A stretch of 64,000 nt of DNA from Rhynchopus sp. YZ270_cl-10 (taxonomy: Eukaryota): NCBI GenBank assembly GCA_964035575.1, contig OZ037845.1, positions 62,001 to 126,000 on the forward strand, read 5' to 3'. The notes below the pieces were generated by a model. That model was not told where the DNA came from. It saw nothing but the letters and a program-made list of their open reading frames with translations, and did no database searches. Positions 11,106 through 21,604 of the stretch are shown here, piece after piece. How positions within the stretch are numbered: the first letter of the stretch is position 1; each line of letters opens with the position of its first letter. The position numbers and the translations under genes are program-made.

Positions 11106-12276
11106 ACATCATATTCGAGTGTGGATCTACGTCCCTCAGTGCAGTAAAGCAAGCATCATTCTGAAGTAAATTCAGCTTTACCCGGACCTCCTCAAGCTCA
11201 TCAAGGCTGGTGTAGATAGGGTCTCTATTTGTTCTTAGTGCCTTATACATTCTGATGTCCCACCTTTTCTTCATTATATACATGAAGCAGTCTTTGAATG
11301 TGTATCCTTTGTCCTCTGGTGGTTCTGATCGCAGCAAATGCACATTCTTATGACACCACAGCAGAACAATTTGGAACTTTATCAGATTCTGCTGTGTGGC
11401 ATAGTGAGGTCGTGCAGAAGTCTTCTGCCCAGAAACGCGAAACATTTCTGCTGTATGAAACGTCCAGGAGGATAATGGGCTGCCGTCCATGTGAAGAGCT
11501 CTTGGCAATTCTGCTGCTGTCAAACACAATGCAGCTGCAATTAAAGCGGACTCTGCAGGTGTAGAAGAATTCGTTTTGTGGTGCGGAAGTGCTAATGTAG
11601 CCTCATCTGCTTGGAGAAATATGTCGGACTTATAGCGGGACTTTCCGTTCAGAACTCTGAACCGGATGCAGAATGGTGTATGATTTTGGAGTGATCTCAT
11701 ATCTGTAAATTGATAATAGCAATACTGGCATTGTGTTTTGCATGTAGCCTCATGTGCAGTAAGGTTTTTCACATCATCAAACTCTTCACCACAGTGCTGA
11801 CAGCAGATCTTCCCTAAGCACATATGGTTTTCTTCACACTCCCGTCTACACAATATGCACACCTTCACACATTTTTCAAGGTGCTCATTTAGTTTCCATA
11901 CATTTTTGTACGAAGCATCACATTGCGAACATGTAAAACGGTTATTTTTTTTATCAGCTTCCATCTTGGGTTTCTTCTGGGGTGGGGCTGTCTGACATTC
12001 TCCTGCACAGGTCTTTTGGTGTTTGTATCTAGCATTCTTAGACGGAAACCTCACTCGGCACTTTGGGCAAGTTTCTTTGCACTTCTTTGTCTGTTTGTGA
12101 TTCTTGCTCTGCTTTTCATGTGTAAAGTATGAGCCACAATGGTCGCACATAAATCCCTCATCATCTCTCTTTCGTTTTGGGGAAGTGTTTCCCTCTTCAG
12201 CTTCTGTTGTCTTTGTATTAGCCTTCTTCTTAGTGTGCCCATCATCAGATCTTTCCTCGCTTCGTTGTCTTTTCAT
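11068..12276 (-). CDS. Multi zinc-finger (C2H2/C2HC-type) nuclear protein, probable Helitron accessory gene
   Basis: Five CxxC-x12-H-x3/5-C units (CDHC, CPKC, CSQC, CQHC, CQYC) and NLS-like PKRKR. Confidence 0.75.
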   Translation of the reverse strand: MKRQRSEERSDDGHTKKKANTKTTEAEEGNTSPKRKRDDEGFMCDHCGSYFTHEKQSKNHKQTKKCKETCPKCRVRFPSKNARYKHQKTCAGECQTAPPQKKPKMEADKKNNRFTCSQCDASYKNVWKLNEHLEKCVKVCILCRRECEENHMCLGKICCQHCGEEFDDVKNLTAHEATCKTQCQYCYYQFTDMRSLQNHTPFCIRFRVLNGKSRYKSDIFLQADEATLALPHHKTNSSTPAESALIAAALCLTAAELPRALHMDGSPLSSWTFHTAEMFRVSGQKTSARPHYATQQNLIKFQIVLLWCHKNVHLLRSEPPEDKGYTFKDCFMYIMKKRWDIRMYKALRTNRDPIYTSLDELEEVRVKLNLLQNDACFTALRDVDPHSNMMFDPRFFAKGSFS

Positions 12277-12758
12277 TTTTTTTGCAAAAAGTAAAGTACC
12301 CAGACCACTGTTATGTGAGTTTTGAATAGTTGTGATAAATTGCTAGAAATTGTATTGTAGAAAATATAAAATGGTGGGTGGGAGAAAGTTTTGCGTTTTC
12401 AAGAAGGAAAATAAAAAAGTCTCACAACTAAGTTTTCAAAAAAAAATAATTAAAAAATGATCTTGAAAATTTTGACAAAATTAAAACCAATCTGCATGTG
12501 CATATAAAAAAGGGGAACCCATATTTTTGCGCAGGAAGAAGTAATTTGCACATTCTCTGCGATAAGAAATACCCCCAAACGAAAAAAAAATAAATTATTC
12601 TCTAATGATGTGCTTTATTGTGCTGGAAAAGAGCACCTTTGTGTTGAAATTCCCTTCCCCTCCAAGTACTAGAGCATTCGTGAGCATAACACGTCTTTTC
12701 CATTTTTTCGTCTTCTGCTGCTTCGCGCTTTCTCTTTCTGTCTAGCTCCTGTTGAGTT

Positions 12759-13166
12759 TCAGTTGTTGAAAGTGATACTTGAAAAGTTGATACATACCTT
12801 TTTCATGTCCTGACACAGAAGGAACACTTCGTTCAGCTGTTTCTTGAGATCTGAGACAGTCTGTTTCACCTCTTTCAGCTCTTCAGTCACTGAGGAAAAG
12901 CTTTCTGCAGAAACAGGAATTTCCAATGCTGCGGCCTGTTCTGACGGAAGCACAGATTCCTTCTGAGTTTGCTCCTCTGTTTTAACGCCTTGCTCCTGTA
13001 CCTTCGTTAGTACTGTCTCCTTCTTCTGGGAGCACACTGGAATTGGTGGCAATTCCTCACTCTCATGAGGAGCTTGATCCTGCACATTGAACACCGGCAA
13101 CATGCTTGGTGCATCTTTCTTCTGCACAAAGGGCACTGGCTTCCGCTTAATCTTCATGGTGTTCAT
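12759..13166 (-). CDS. Hypothetical 135-aa protein with C-terminal coiled coil
   Basis: ATG-started ORF in AT-rich flanks; heptad pattern VTEELKEVKQTVSDLKKQLNEV. Confidence 0.45.
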   Translation of the reverse strand: MNTMKIKRKPVPFVQKKDAPSMLPVFNVQDQAPHESEELPPIPVCSQKKETVLTKVQEQGVKTEEQTQKESVLPSEQAAALEIPVSAESFSSVTEELKEVKQTVSDLKKQLNEVFLLCQDMKKVCINFSSITFNN

Positions 13167-13378
13167 AGTTTCTTGAGAAATAGTTCACCTGTTTTTGGTG
13201 TGTGAGTACACAAATGCTATGAAAAGAGAAATGAGGGGTGAGCCAAGTTCAATTCATTTTTCTATTCAATTTTTTCGGCTTTCACATTTGTAAAAATGCA
13301 AAACCTTCATACAATAAAAAAAAATTCTGTTCACAACCACACCAGCCCCTCCTACATTTTAGCGAGCTTTCTTCTAGT

Positions 13379-13477
13379 GCGGGTTTGCGGGTTTGCGGGT
13401 TTGCGGGTTTGCGGGTTTGCGGGTTTGCGGGTTTGCGGGTTTGCGGGTTTGCGGGTTTGCGGGTTTGCGGGTTTGCG
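13379..13477 (+). repeat. (GCGGGTTT)12 tandem array
   Basis: Read directly. Confidence 0.98.
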
Positions 13478-14856
13478 AGAGGGGACCCTGGTGGGTTTGT
13501 TGCCCCGTTGACCAGCAGACGAGACAACGTCTGGCGTGTAACCTCCTAGTCGGCGCATCACCCGGGCTGCTCCACGGAGACAGTGGGTGGTGCGTGGTAC
13601 GGGGACGACAGTCCTCACCTAGCATCCGGAATTCCAGGTATGTCAACACACACTAGCAAAGGACACACAGGGGTGGCTGAGAGGTTGGTGTTTGGTAGTT
13701 GCCAATGGCGGCTTGCTGACGGGGACCTGGACCATCTCACTGGGTGACTGCTGTATCTGCATTGTGTGGTTTTTACTGCACGCTTGTGGCTGCTGTCAGG
13801 GCTATCTACGATGGGTGAGGCGCTTCTTCCGAACGTCTGCAGCGGCTGCGTTGGCCTTCGGGACTTCACGGATGCTGTCGGTACGCTCAGGAGATGTCGT
13901 CCTCCCTGGACCTTGGCTGGGTGTCTGCAGTGACGCACCGGGTGCGTCCACTGTTTGAATCCACAGGGGTGATCCACAGCCACAGAACTGGTCCGTCCAG
14001 GTCAGGGTGTGCCTCCCATGTAAAAGCCCCCATCAAAGACTTCTGTAGCCGCTCCTGTCCGCGTTGGAGTCTGGGTGACCGTTGCAACGGCCTCTAGGGA
14101 GAGAGAGGCCGGTGTAGTCAGGGACTACCCACATGGTGAGCACACTCGACGACTGCAAGCAACTGCACCGCTATTTGCTGCGGTGGTGCCTTTGTGAGCA
14201 GCACTCGTTCGATGTTGTGGCTCACATGTAACAGACTCCGACACTAGTGAGTGGTGACATAACCGCGACGGTTGGGATGTGAACAGGCTAGGCTGGTGAA
14301 TCTGTTAGGGAGTTGTGTCGGATGCATACTTGTGGGGAGTCACTCCCCTGCAGACAGGCGTGACCAACTTGCCGAGCAGAGGTCAGGTCGAGTAATCGGC
14401 TGGCTAACGGTCAAAGATCGCATTGGGTCGGCAGATTCATGCGGTTCAGACCGTCGGTTCCACCTCCGGGCGACTGGAGTGGTCAGCGCGAGCTGGCTGT
14501 GTCCCACCAGTGCGTGAAACCACAAACTGGGACGCATGGGATCGCTACAGACTGGGTCACCAGCCGGTCCTCTCAAGCAGAGGGCTCAATGTACAGTCGG
14601 GCCACAGTGAGTTACACACCCCGCGGACTTCGGAAGTTTCTGTGATACGGAAGAAGCCAACGGGTGGTAGTGAGCTGTGCTCTCGGTGGAAGGGCGTGTC
14701 TGAAAAGGACACAACCAGGAGACCGAGGGGCTGCTGGTCGGAAACACCCCAGGTATGTGTAAAAAGGGTGTAGGACGGCTAGCAGCGGAAAGGTCCTCAG
14801 CCTGACCTGCGCCTCCCCACTTCTTCTTCAGGGGAGGAGGGCAAAGGGGACAAGTG
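13478..14856 (+). ncRNA. 1.38-kb highly structured non-coding segment containing a group I ribozyme
   Basis: No credible ORF; many helices with G-U pairs on the + strand (13553-13563/13585-13595, 13601-13610/13895-13904, 13928-13953, 14089-14110, 14193-14226, 14334-14348). Confidence 0.75.
14252..14600 (+). ncRNA. Group I intron catalytic core (subgroup ID-like)
   Basis: P3 UGGUGAC 14252-58/GUCACCA 14556-62; P4 GACGGU 14267-72/ACCGUC 14450-55; P6 GGUUCCA 14456-62/UGGGAUC 14537-43; P7 C(A)GACUG 14548-54/CAGUCG 14594-99 with bulged A and G-binding G-C pair; P8 14566-86; J8/7 CAAUGUA. Confidence 0.88.
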
Positions 14857-17800
14857 ACCTGCAGCAGCACCGACAGCAACAGCAACAGCAGCAGCAGCAA
14901 CTGCAGCAACAACACTGTAGGTGGGGGTGAGCGAGGTATGCTGGTGTTCGGGGCCAGCCTTGCGGGGCGAGAAGGACAGAGTTACTGTGTGACGTTACGG
15001 GTGTGGGGGACCTTTATCACCCCCAATGTTCACATGGGGCGTGCAGAACATGGGCTTGGGTTTGACTGGTGGAGCATCCTTTGGGAACGCCTTTCTTCTC
15101 TGCGCCGACCAGACCCCCGCTGGGTAGCCGAGGCACCTGAGTGGGGTGTGTTTGTGTCTTTCGCGGTCCTGGACATGTGGAAGGACAGACGCGCCCCTAC
15201 CCTCAGTCACCTCATATTGTGGCTGGTGGGTAGGAGGGGGACCAGGAGGACGCGCCGAGGTCACAGGTCCTTGAACTGGACCAAGGCACAGGCGAGCAGG
15301 TTCCGTCGGCGCAAGGCGCCATGCAAGCGTCCGCCCTCTCAACTTTTCCGCAGGATAAGGGCAGCCGTTGTGAGAGTGGCTTTGCAGTGGGTGGCCATCT
15401 GGGCTCTGGTTTGCGTGGGGTATGAGCTTGGGAGATCGGCGCCACGGGCTTTGGGTTGTGCACTGATCCGGGACGCAGAGCTGCTGAGTGTGCTGCTGAG
15501 GAAGGGGCTCCTACAGGGCCGATACAGAGCACGTAGCGGGAGGCTGTGGTTGCGAGTACTTGCCAGCAGGGTGTGGGTTTTCATGCAGAGGTTGAGGCGA
15601 CCGGCGGGGACAGGGGACGGGTGGGAGCTGTCACCTCAGAGCATAAGCCTGGGGCCCGGGGCGCTGGCAGGTGGAGCAGACGGGGACATCAACCCGGAGG
15701 AGGCGGCAAACCTTGACGCATTCCTCGAGGTGCATGGGGGGAAGAGGGTGCCGAACGCAGCCAACGGCGAGTGCATGTACGTGGCCTTACTGGGTAAGAA
15801 GAACGCGCTGTACTTGGATGTCAGCAAAGCACGCACTGAGCTGGCTGACAGAGCGCGGGTCACGAAGGTGAAGACCGGTCTCAGACGCTACTTCGAGACC
15901 GAGGCACAGCTGTCAAGCTTCATTGACGGCCTCACCAACCCTGAGGTGTGGGGCAACCACCTCACCCTACACCTGGCAGCAAATGCATGGTCCACCACGA
16001 TAGCGGTAGTGCAGCCTGGGCCGAATCCAGTGGTGACGATCAACCCCGCAGCCTCATCGAAAGACTTGCGGACGCAGAAAGACCGCCGCGTCAGGGTAGT
16101 TTCACTCCTCAATAATCACTATGAGGAAGTGCAAATGGACCCAAAGAACGCCCTGGCAATGGTCCAGTCGGCCCCCTTCGCAGAAAGGCCTAACAGCAAC
16201 ACCCATCCCTGCCATGACGAAGGAGTCGCCTTCTCCTCTGGGGGCTGATGCACCGAGGCTCTTCTGCCCTGTTCCGTGTTGCAACGGAAGCAGTCTACAC
16301 CGTCCCCAGCCCTTCTCTGTTCCCGGCCTGCGCACACACATCGGTGCACACCTGTCTTCCGGCGACCACATCCCCCACGACACCCTCAACAAGTTGGGGT
16401 TAGGACAGTGTGAAGCGTGTGGGGGGATACGGTCGGCATCGAAGGAGACATGTCTTCAGTGTGCGAAACTGGTAAAGGCGATCGCAAAGCCCACACCCAG
16501 GGAACGCACCGCAGTGGAAAAGGCAGACGACGTTGACTTGCCGGAGTGGTGGGAGATAGCTCAAATCCCCATCAGGACAACAGATGCGATCCCCACGAGC
16601 ATCGACCGTCCAGCCGCTGTGGAGTTCACCCAGGCACTTGAGGATGTGGCCGCAGTTGGCGATGAGGCAAGCTGGAAACGTTTGTGCATGTTCGCGAAGC
16701 TGGTCCTACCGGCGAAGCGAGGTGGGAAGCACCTCAAGACGAAGGTGGCAGTCTTGCGGCAGAAGGATGTGGATGAGTGGAGAGAAGGTGAGATCGCAGC
16801 AATGTGGCGAGCAGCTGCGAATCGCACAGGCGGTACGAAGAAGGAGAAGGAGCGGAAGGAACCAACGTGGGAAGAAAGGGAGAAGGCGATGGTCCGGGAG
16901 GTGCGGAATGGGAGGATGGCAGCAGGGATGAGCCGCCTCCACAAGGGTGGGCTGGCAGAGCGTACTGAGGAATCCACAGACATCCTCCGCAGAAAGCACC
17001 CCCATGAGGAACCCCAACCTGCCACTTCTCTGCCGGAAATTGCTTCCGAGCCGCTGAAGCCGATCGCCGCCCTCAAAGCCATAAATAGCATGGCAAAGGG
17101 CTCTGCTCCAGGTCCCTTTGGTCTGCGCGGGGATCACCTCAAGGGGTGGATGGTCAAACACCCGGACCTGAACATCTTGCCACTGATGACGCAAGTCCTG
17201 GACCTGCTGCGACGCGGGAAAGCCCCCTCCGAGACAGCTATGTTCATGGCAGGAGCTACTCTGGTGGCGTTAAAGAAGGGTGACCAAGGCGACGTCCGCC
17301 CCATCTCTGCAGGCAACACACTTCGGCGAGTCGTGAGCAAGATCGAGGTGGCGTCTGTGAGGGAAAAGGCACGAGGAGTGCTGCTGCCAGGGAGACAAGT
17401 TGGGGTGGCGGTGGACGGTGGACTGGAAGCGGCGACAATGGTTGTGGCAGCATACGCAAAACGACACCAGGGGAGCGACAAAGTGATCGTACAGATTGAC
17501 TACGAGAACGCATTCAACAGCATCTTTCGCAAGACTTTTCTGGAAGCCACAAGGAAATATCTCCCGTCCATTTCACCGTGGGTCGAATGGTGCTACAACT
17601 CCCACACCGGGCTAGTGTATGGTGACGAGATGATCCCATCCACCAGAGGCGCGCAGCAAGGCGACCCCGCAGGGCCCCTACTCTTCTCCCTGGGGATCAA
17701 AGCACTGACAGACGAAGTGCGTGCAGTCCAGGGCATCGACTGTAGCATCTGGTACCTCGATGATGGGACGATCATGGGGAACCCAGAGGCGGTGGCTCGA

Positions 17801-20119
17801 GCGCTGGAGTTAGTGAGGACACGCAGTGCGGAGCTGGGGCTGAAGGTGAAGCTGTCAAAGTGTGAAGTCATCGCCCTAGGACAGCAGACTCCGTTGGACC
17901 TGGACAGAGCTGGCCTCCCCGTGTGCAGCCACACCACTGACTTGGCGGAGACTTGCTCAGCCTGTGAAGGAAAAGTGATGAGCGTGAAGTATGGAGGCTT
18001 TGCGTTCCTGGGGGCGCCAATCGGGGACGACGAGTACTGCGAAGCGTACATGGAGAAGAAGGTGGAGGAATTCGCGGTGCAACTGCGTCTGCTGCAGAAG
18101 GTGTCTGACTCGCAGGCTGGACTGACATTACTCCGTCAGTGCGAGGGGTTTGCACGCATGGTTTTCTACATGAGAGCCATTGGTCACGCGTGCACCCACA
18201 AGTACCTCAGCCAGTACGACAAGGAGGTAGACGCCGCCCTGGCCGCGCTTTTTGGTGATGAGGATGGAGGCCTGCCGGAAGAAGCACGGAGACAGGCCGC
18301 ACTGCCATGTAGGGTAGGGGGCATGGGCGTGCGCCGCATCCGCGACCACTGGACTGCAGCAGCCATGGGAGCAAGGAGCGGCCTGCACCAACTGTGCACC
18401 GAACTGGACCCCAGCTTCACCTGGGACGCCGAAGGATGGGAACGGACGGCAACGCTGTACAACGAGCAAGTGGCTGAAGGTGCTAGGATTGACCCCAAGC
18501 TGCAGCCAGCCGTCCCCCTGCGTCAACGTGATCTGTCTGCAGGGATCCTGGAGGAACAATTGCGGGACCTCTTCGTCAAGGGTGATGCGTACGACAAGGC
18601 GCGTCTCAATTCTCTGGCCCTCCCCCAAGCAGGGTCCTGGCTTACTGCACCCCCCACCTGGGAGCACTACATCCCTCCGATTGCATTCAAGGCCGCAGCC
18701 AGACTCCGCCTCCACCTCCCCATATACGCGGAGGGTGTCTCATGCAGGCAATGCAACCAGCCCATGGACACCAGGGGGGACCACATCTTCGCCTGCAGAA
18801 TGGGTGGGCATCGTATACTGCGACATAACTCAGTACGCGATTATGTGTATGGAGCAGCAAATGAGGCAGGTCTGAGCCCCATCCTGGAACCCAACCACCT
18901 CATCCTGGGCAACAACAAGCCCGCTGACATTCTGCTGTCCACAGGGGTCGGGGAGTCGAGAGGACGAGCTATCGATGTGACTGTGTGTGTGGACGCCGAC
19001 GTCAGCGTCGATGGTGCAGGGTGCCGCAGTCGCGAAGGGGTACGCGGCGACGAAGGCGGAAACTGCCAAGAGGAAGAAGCATGGTGACGCGTGTGCGGCG
19101 GAGCGGCTGGCGTTCACACCCTTCGCCCTGGAGACCACAGGAGGTCTGGGACCCGCGGCGGCGTCGATATGGCAGCAGATGCTCCGTTTCGCAGCGGACA
19201 GGAAGCTTGGGAACAGAGTGGAGATGTCACAGAGGTGGAATTGGGGGCTAGGGACGACGCTGCAGCGACAGATCGGGAAGGCCGCGACGGATCGAGGGTC
19301 TCTGACTGGTTGCCTGAGGGGTCCTCTGCGAGAGCGTGTGGACTTAGATCCCACCGTCGACCCGGAAGAGGGGGACTTGATACGCTTGCCCCCCGACCAT
19401 CTACCTAACCTGGAAGTGACAGACGACCACCAGGGAGACATCAGGGTGAGTGCGGAGGAGGAGCCGGAGACAGGCAACGAGAAGGAAACGGCGCCAGAGA
19501 CAGCAGCACAGGACCCAACCCCCCACAGCGAACTGGAGGCCAACTTGGTGAAGTGGGGGCTGTCCCGACCGCAGGTGCCCGTGCCGTTCCGAGTAGGAGA
19601 CTGTGCGTTCGACGCAGTGTGCTGGTCAGTGCGGAGCTGGAAGGTGGTGACATCGTCGACCCTTCGGTCCCTGGCGGTGGAGAGAGTGAAGAGAGATGCT
19701 GACCTGGCGAGAAATGCGATGCCCGACCTCGCGACCTGGGTGCGATGGATGAGCCTGGCAGGGAACAGGGATCGCAGGTCGTGGGCGGACCAGACAGCAC
19801 TGGCGGGTCTGGCACGGGCTTTGCAGGTAGTCATTGTGGCGGTCGTGTCATCGGACTCTAAGGTGCACATCCATAGACCAGCCAGCAAGTCGAACGGGGC
19901 CGTAGCAGTGCTGCACACAGGAGCTCACGAGGCTGGCCACTTCTCGCCGTTATGCATGACAGACAACACGTTTGCATATCACCGGAGGTGGCGTACGAGG
20001 CGCTGGACGCGTGGTGGGATCAGCGGGAGGAGCTGGGGCGCGTCGGAGGACGGCAGACGAGTCAGTACGGGGCGCTTAGGGCGGTCCTGGTGCTGATGAT
20101 GGAGGCGACCTTCAAATAG
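14857..20119 (+). pseudogene. Disrupted CRE-A polyprotein (OTU1, Zn finger, RT, RLE, OTU2)
   Basis: ORF pieces 14854-16248, 16121-19087, 18987-20096; RT QQGDPAGPLLF and WYLDDG; RLE RHNSVRD, KPADI, FALETTGG. Confidence 0.9.
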
Positions 20120-20450
20120 AAGGGCCTCGCGATTGGTTGTGATTGTGGTTTATGTGGGCACTGTTGCCCTTCCCTTCTCTGTTAGTTTCCCCCACCCCAA
20201 CTTTTGTGTGTAGCAACACCTGTTTAGTTCCCTGTTTCCTTTTTACCCCCAACCCCTCCCATTAGATACATGTGTGTAATCCCCCTGGTGTCAAGCCCCT
20301 TGTATGTAAATTCCAAATCTTCCCCCTCACAGAAAACGTCAGGAGTAAGCCAAGGAGGCGGTTTGTCTGTGGGCGTCGGCCTAGGAGTAAGCGACGGAGA
20401 TTTTTTCCCCCACCCCATCCCCTACACCATGGACTCGTAATGACATTACG

Positions 20451-20700
20451 TGACGAGGGACGAGGGAAATTACGTGGGAAATTACGCGCGCAATGACGTC
20501 GTCACGACGCGGGCACCCCCTCGTAATGACGACGTCATGACGTGGGGTTTTCCTCGTCACGACGACGGCATTACGACGTCATGACGAGGGGTGCCCTCGT
20601 AATTACGAGGGGACCCCTCGTAATTACGAGGGGTGCCCTCGTAATTACGAGGGGGTGCCCTCGTAATTACGAGGGGACCCCTCGTAATTACGAGGGGTGC
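20451..20700. repeat. Left subterminal palindromic repeats (CCCTCGTAATTACGAGGG and CGTCATGACG variants)
   Basis: About five tandem palindromes at 20594-20697; same motifs at the right end. Confidence 0.9.
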
Positions 20701-21385
20701 TCCCGTGGTCATTGTCTGGCTATTGCCTCCCAGGGAAAGGGACTCTCGAATTTTTTTTTTTGCCCCTAGAAAGGGCTAATTTCGACGATTTGAGGCCATT
20801 AAAAGCAAAATTTGATGCTTTTGAGCATCTGTGGGGGTCTAAAACGCGTTTTTGCGGTTTTTTTTCCTCCTTCCCCCATATTTTTCTTTACCGACTACTT
20901 TGGCTCAGCATAAAAAAAATTTTAAATAAAGGTCGAGATTTAGGTAGTGGCCAAGTAAAAGAACACAATTTTTTAATGGACCATCTGGGGGTACACAAAT
21001 ACGCAGTTCTCCTCTCAAAAACCACGGATATTTTACGATATCCTGTGTCCATTATAATACCGTAATCGTAAGAATTCTGGGACGTAACAAATCTGGGACA
21101 ATTGGGAAAAAATCTGAAACTTGGGACATTTTTACGTCCCAGCTTTTTACGATTACGGTATACCATGCAAAAAAGATTGTCCCCCTCCTCCCCCCCCAGT
21201 AGAGAAAAGAAGAAGAAAAAGACAGTTTCTGAGATATGTCTCATCTGTTTTTGATTCATGGCCAATTCTGACCGAATTGCCCTCGGTACGGCGACATCAT
21301 CCTTTTCGGAAAGTTCTCACTCCGTACTGCTTGTCTTTGCGGCGGTATCCTTCTTCCTTTTGTTCTGTCGTAGTCAGTCGGCGTT

Positions 21386-21528
21386 CTTAGTTCCTTAGTT
21401 CCTTAGTTCCTTAGTTCCTTAGTTCCTTAGTTCCTTAGTTCCTTAGTTCCTTAGTTCCTTAGTTCCTTAGTTCCTTAGTTCCTTAGTTCCTTAGTTCCTT
21501 AGTTCCTTGGTTCCATAGTTCCTTAGTT
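21386..21528 (+). repeat. (TAGTTCCT)n 8-bp array, about 17 units
   Basis: Read directly, just upstream of transposon ORF1. Confidence 0.97.
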
Positions 21529-21604
21529 TCTCAGTATTCTTTTTTGTGGTTGTTTACATTTAAACACACAACAGGATTACACAAAACCTCTCTCTCTTTC
21601 CACC

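Larger units (their letters stand above)
880..13377 (+). mobile_element. Helitron-like rolling-circle element region (boundaries uncertain, may begin before the window)
   Basis: Contains RepHel, mini-Rep, a duplicated OTU tail, palindromes and tandem repeats; candidate 3' end CTAG|T at 13374-13378 (also CTAG|T at 9066 and CTCG|T at 8844), but no clear subterminal GC hairpin. Confidence 0.45.

Noticed and set aside
13540..13600. HDV-like look-alike (ACC-TCCTAGT-CGGC...GGGC) at the start of the structured segment
   Set aside because: P3 is imperfect, with no J4/2 catalytic C-x-A motif and no P2; the region folds better as a simple hairpin
14143..14158. Second group I R-like motif CTCGACGACTGC, suggesting a twin or permuted core
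   Set aside because: No matching downstream S element or P3/P4/P6 set found; the S-like GACAGTCC at 13607 is upstream and paired in another helix
13480..14851. AGGGGAC direct repeat as a TSD of the ribozyme segment
   Set aside because: Only 7 bp, offset from the observed junctions, and no empty site is available
13478..14856. rRNA, tRNA, RNase P or group II intron identity for the structured segment
   Set aside because: No universal rRNA motifs, cloverleaf or domain V recognised
18830..19918. 362-aa antisense ORF in CRE-A (also 32336-33424) and 469-aa antisense ORF in CRE-B
   Set aside because: GC-rich shadow frames with no domain and no similarity between families
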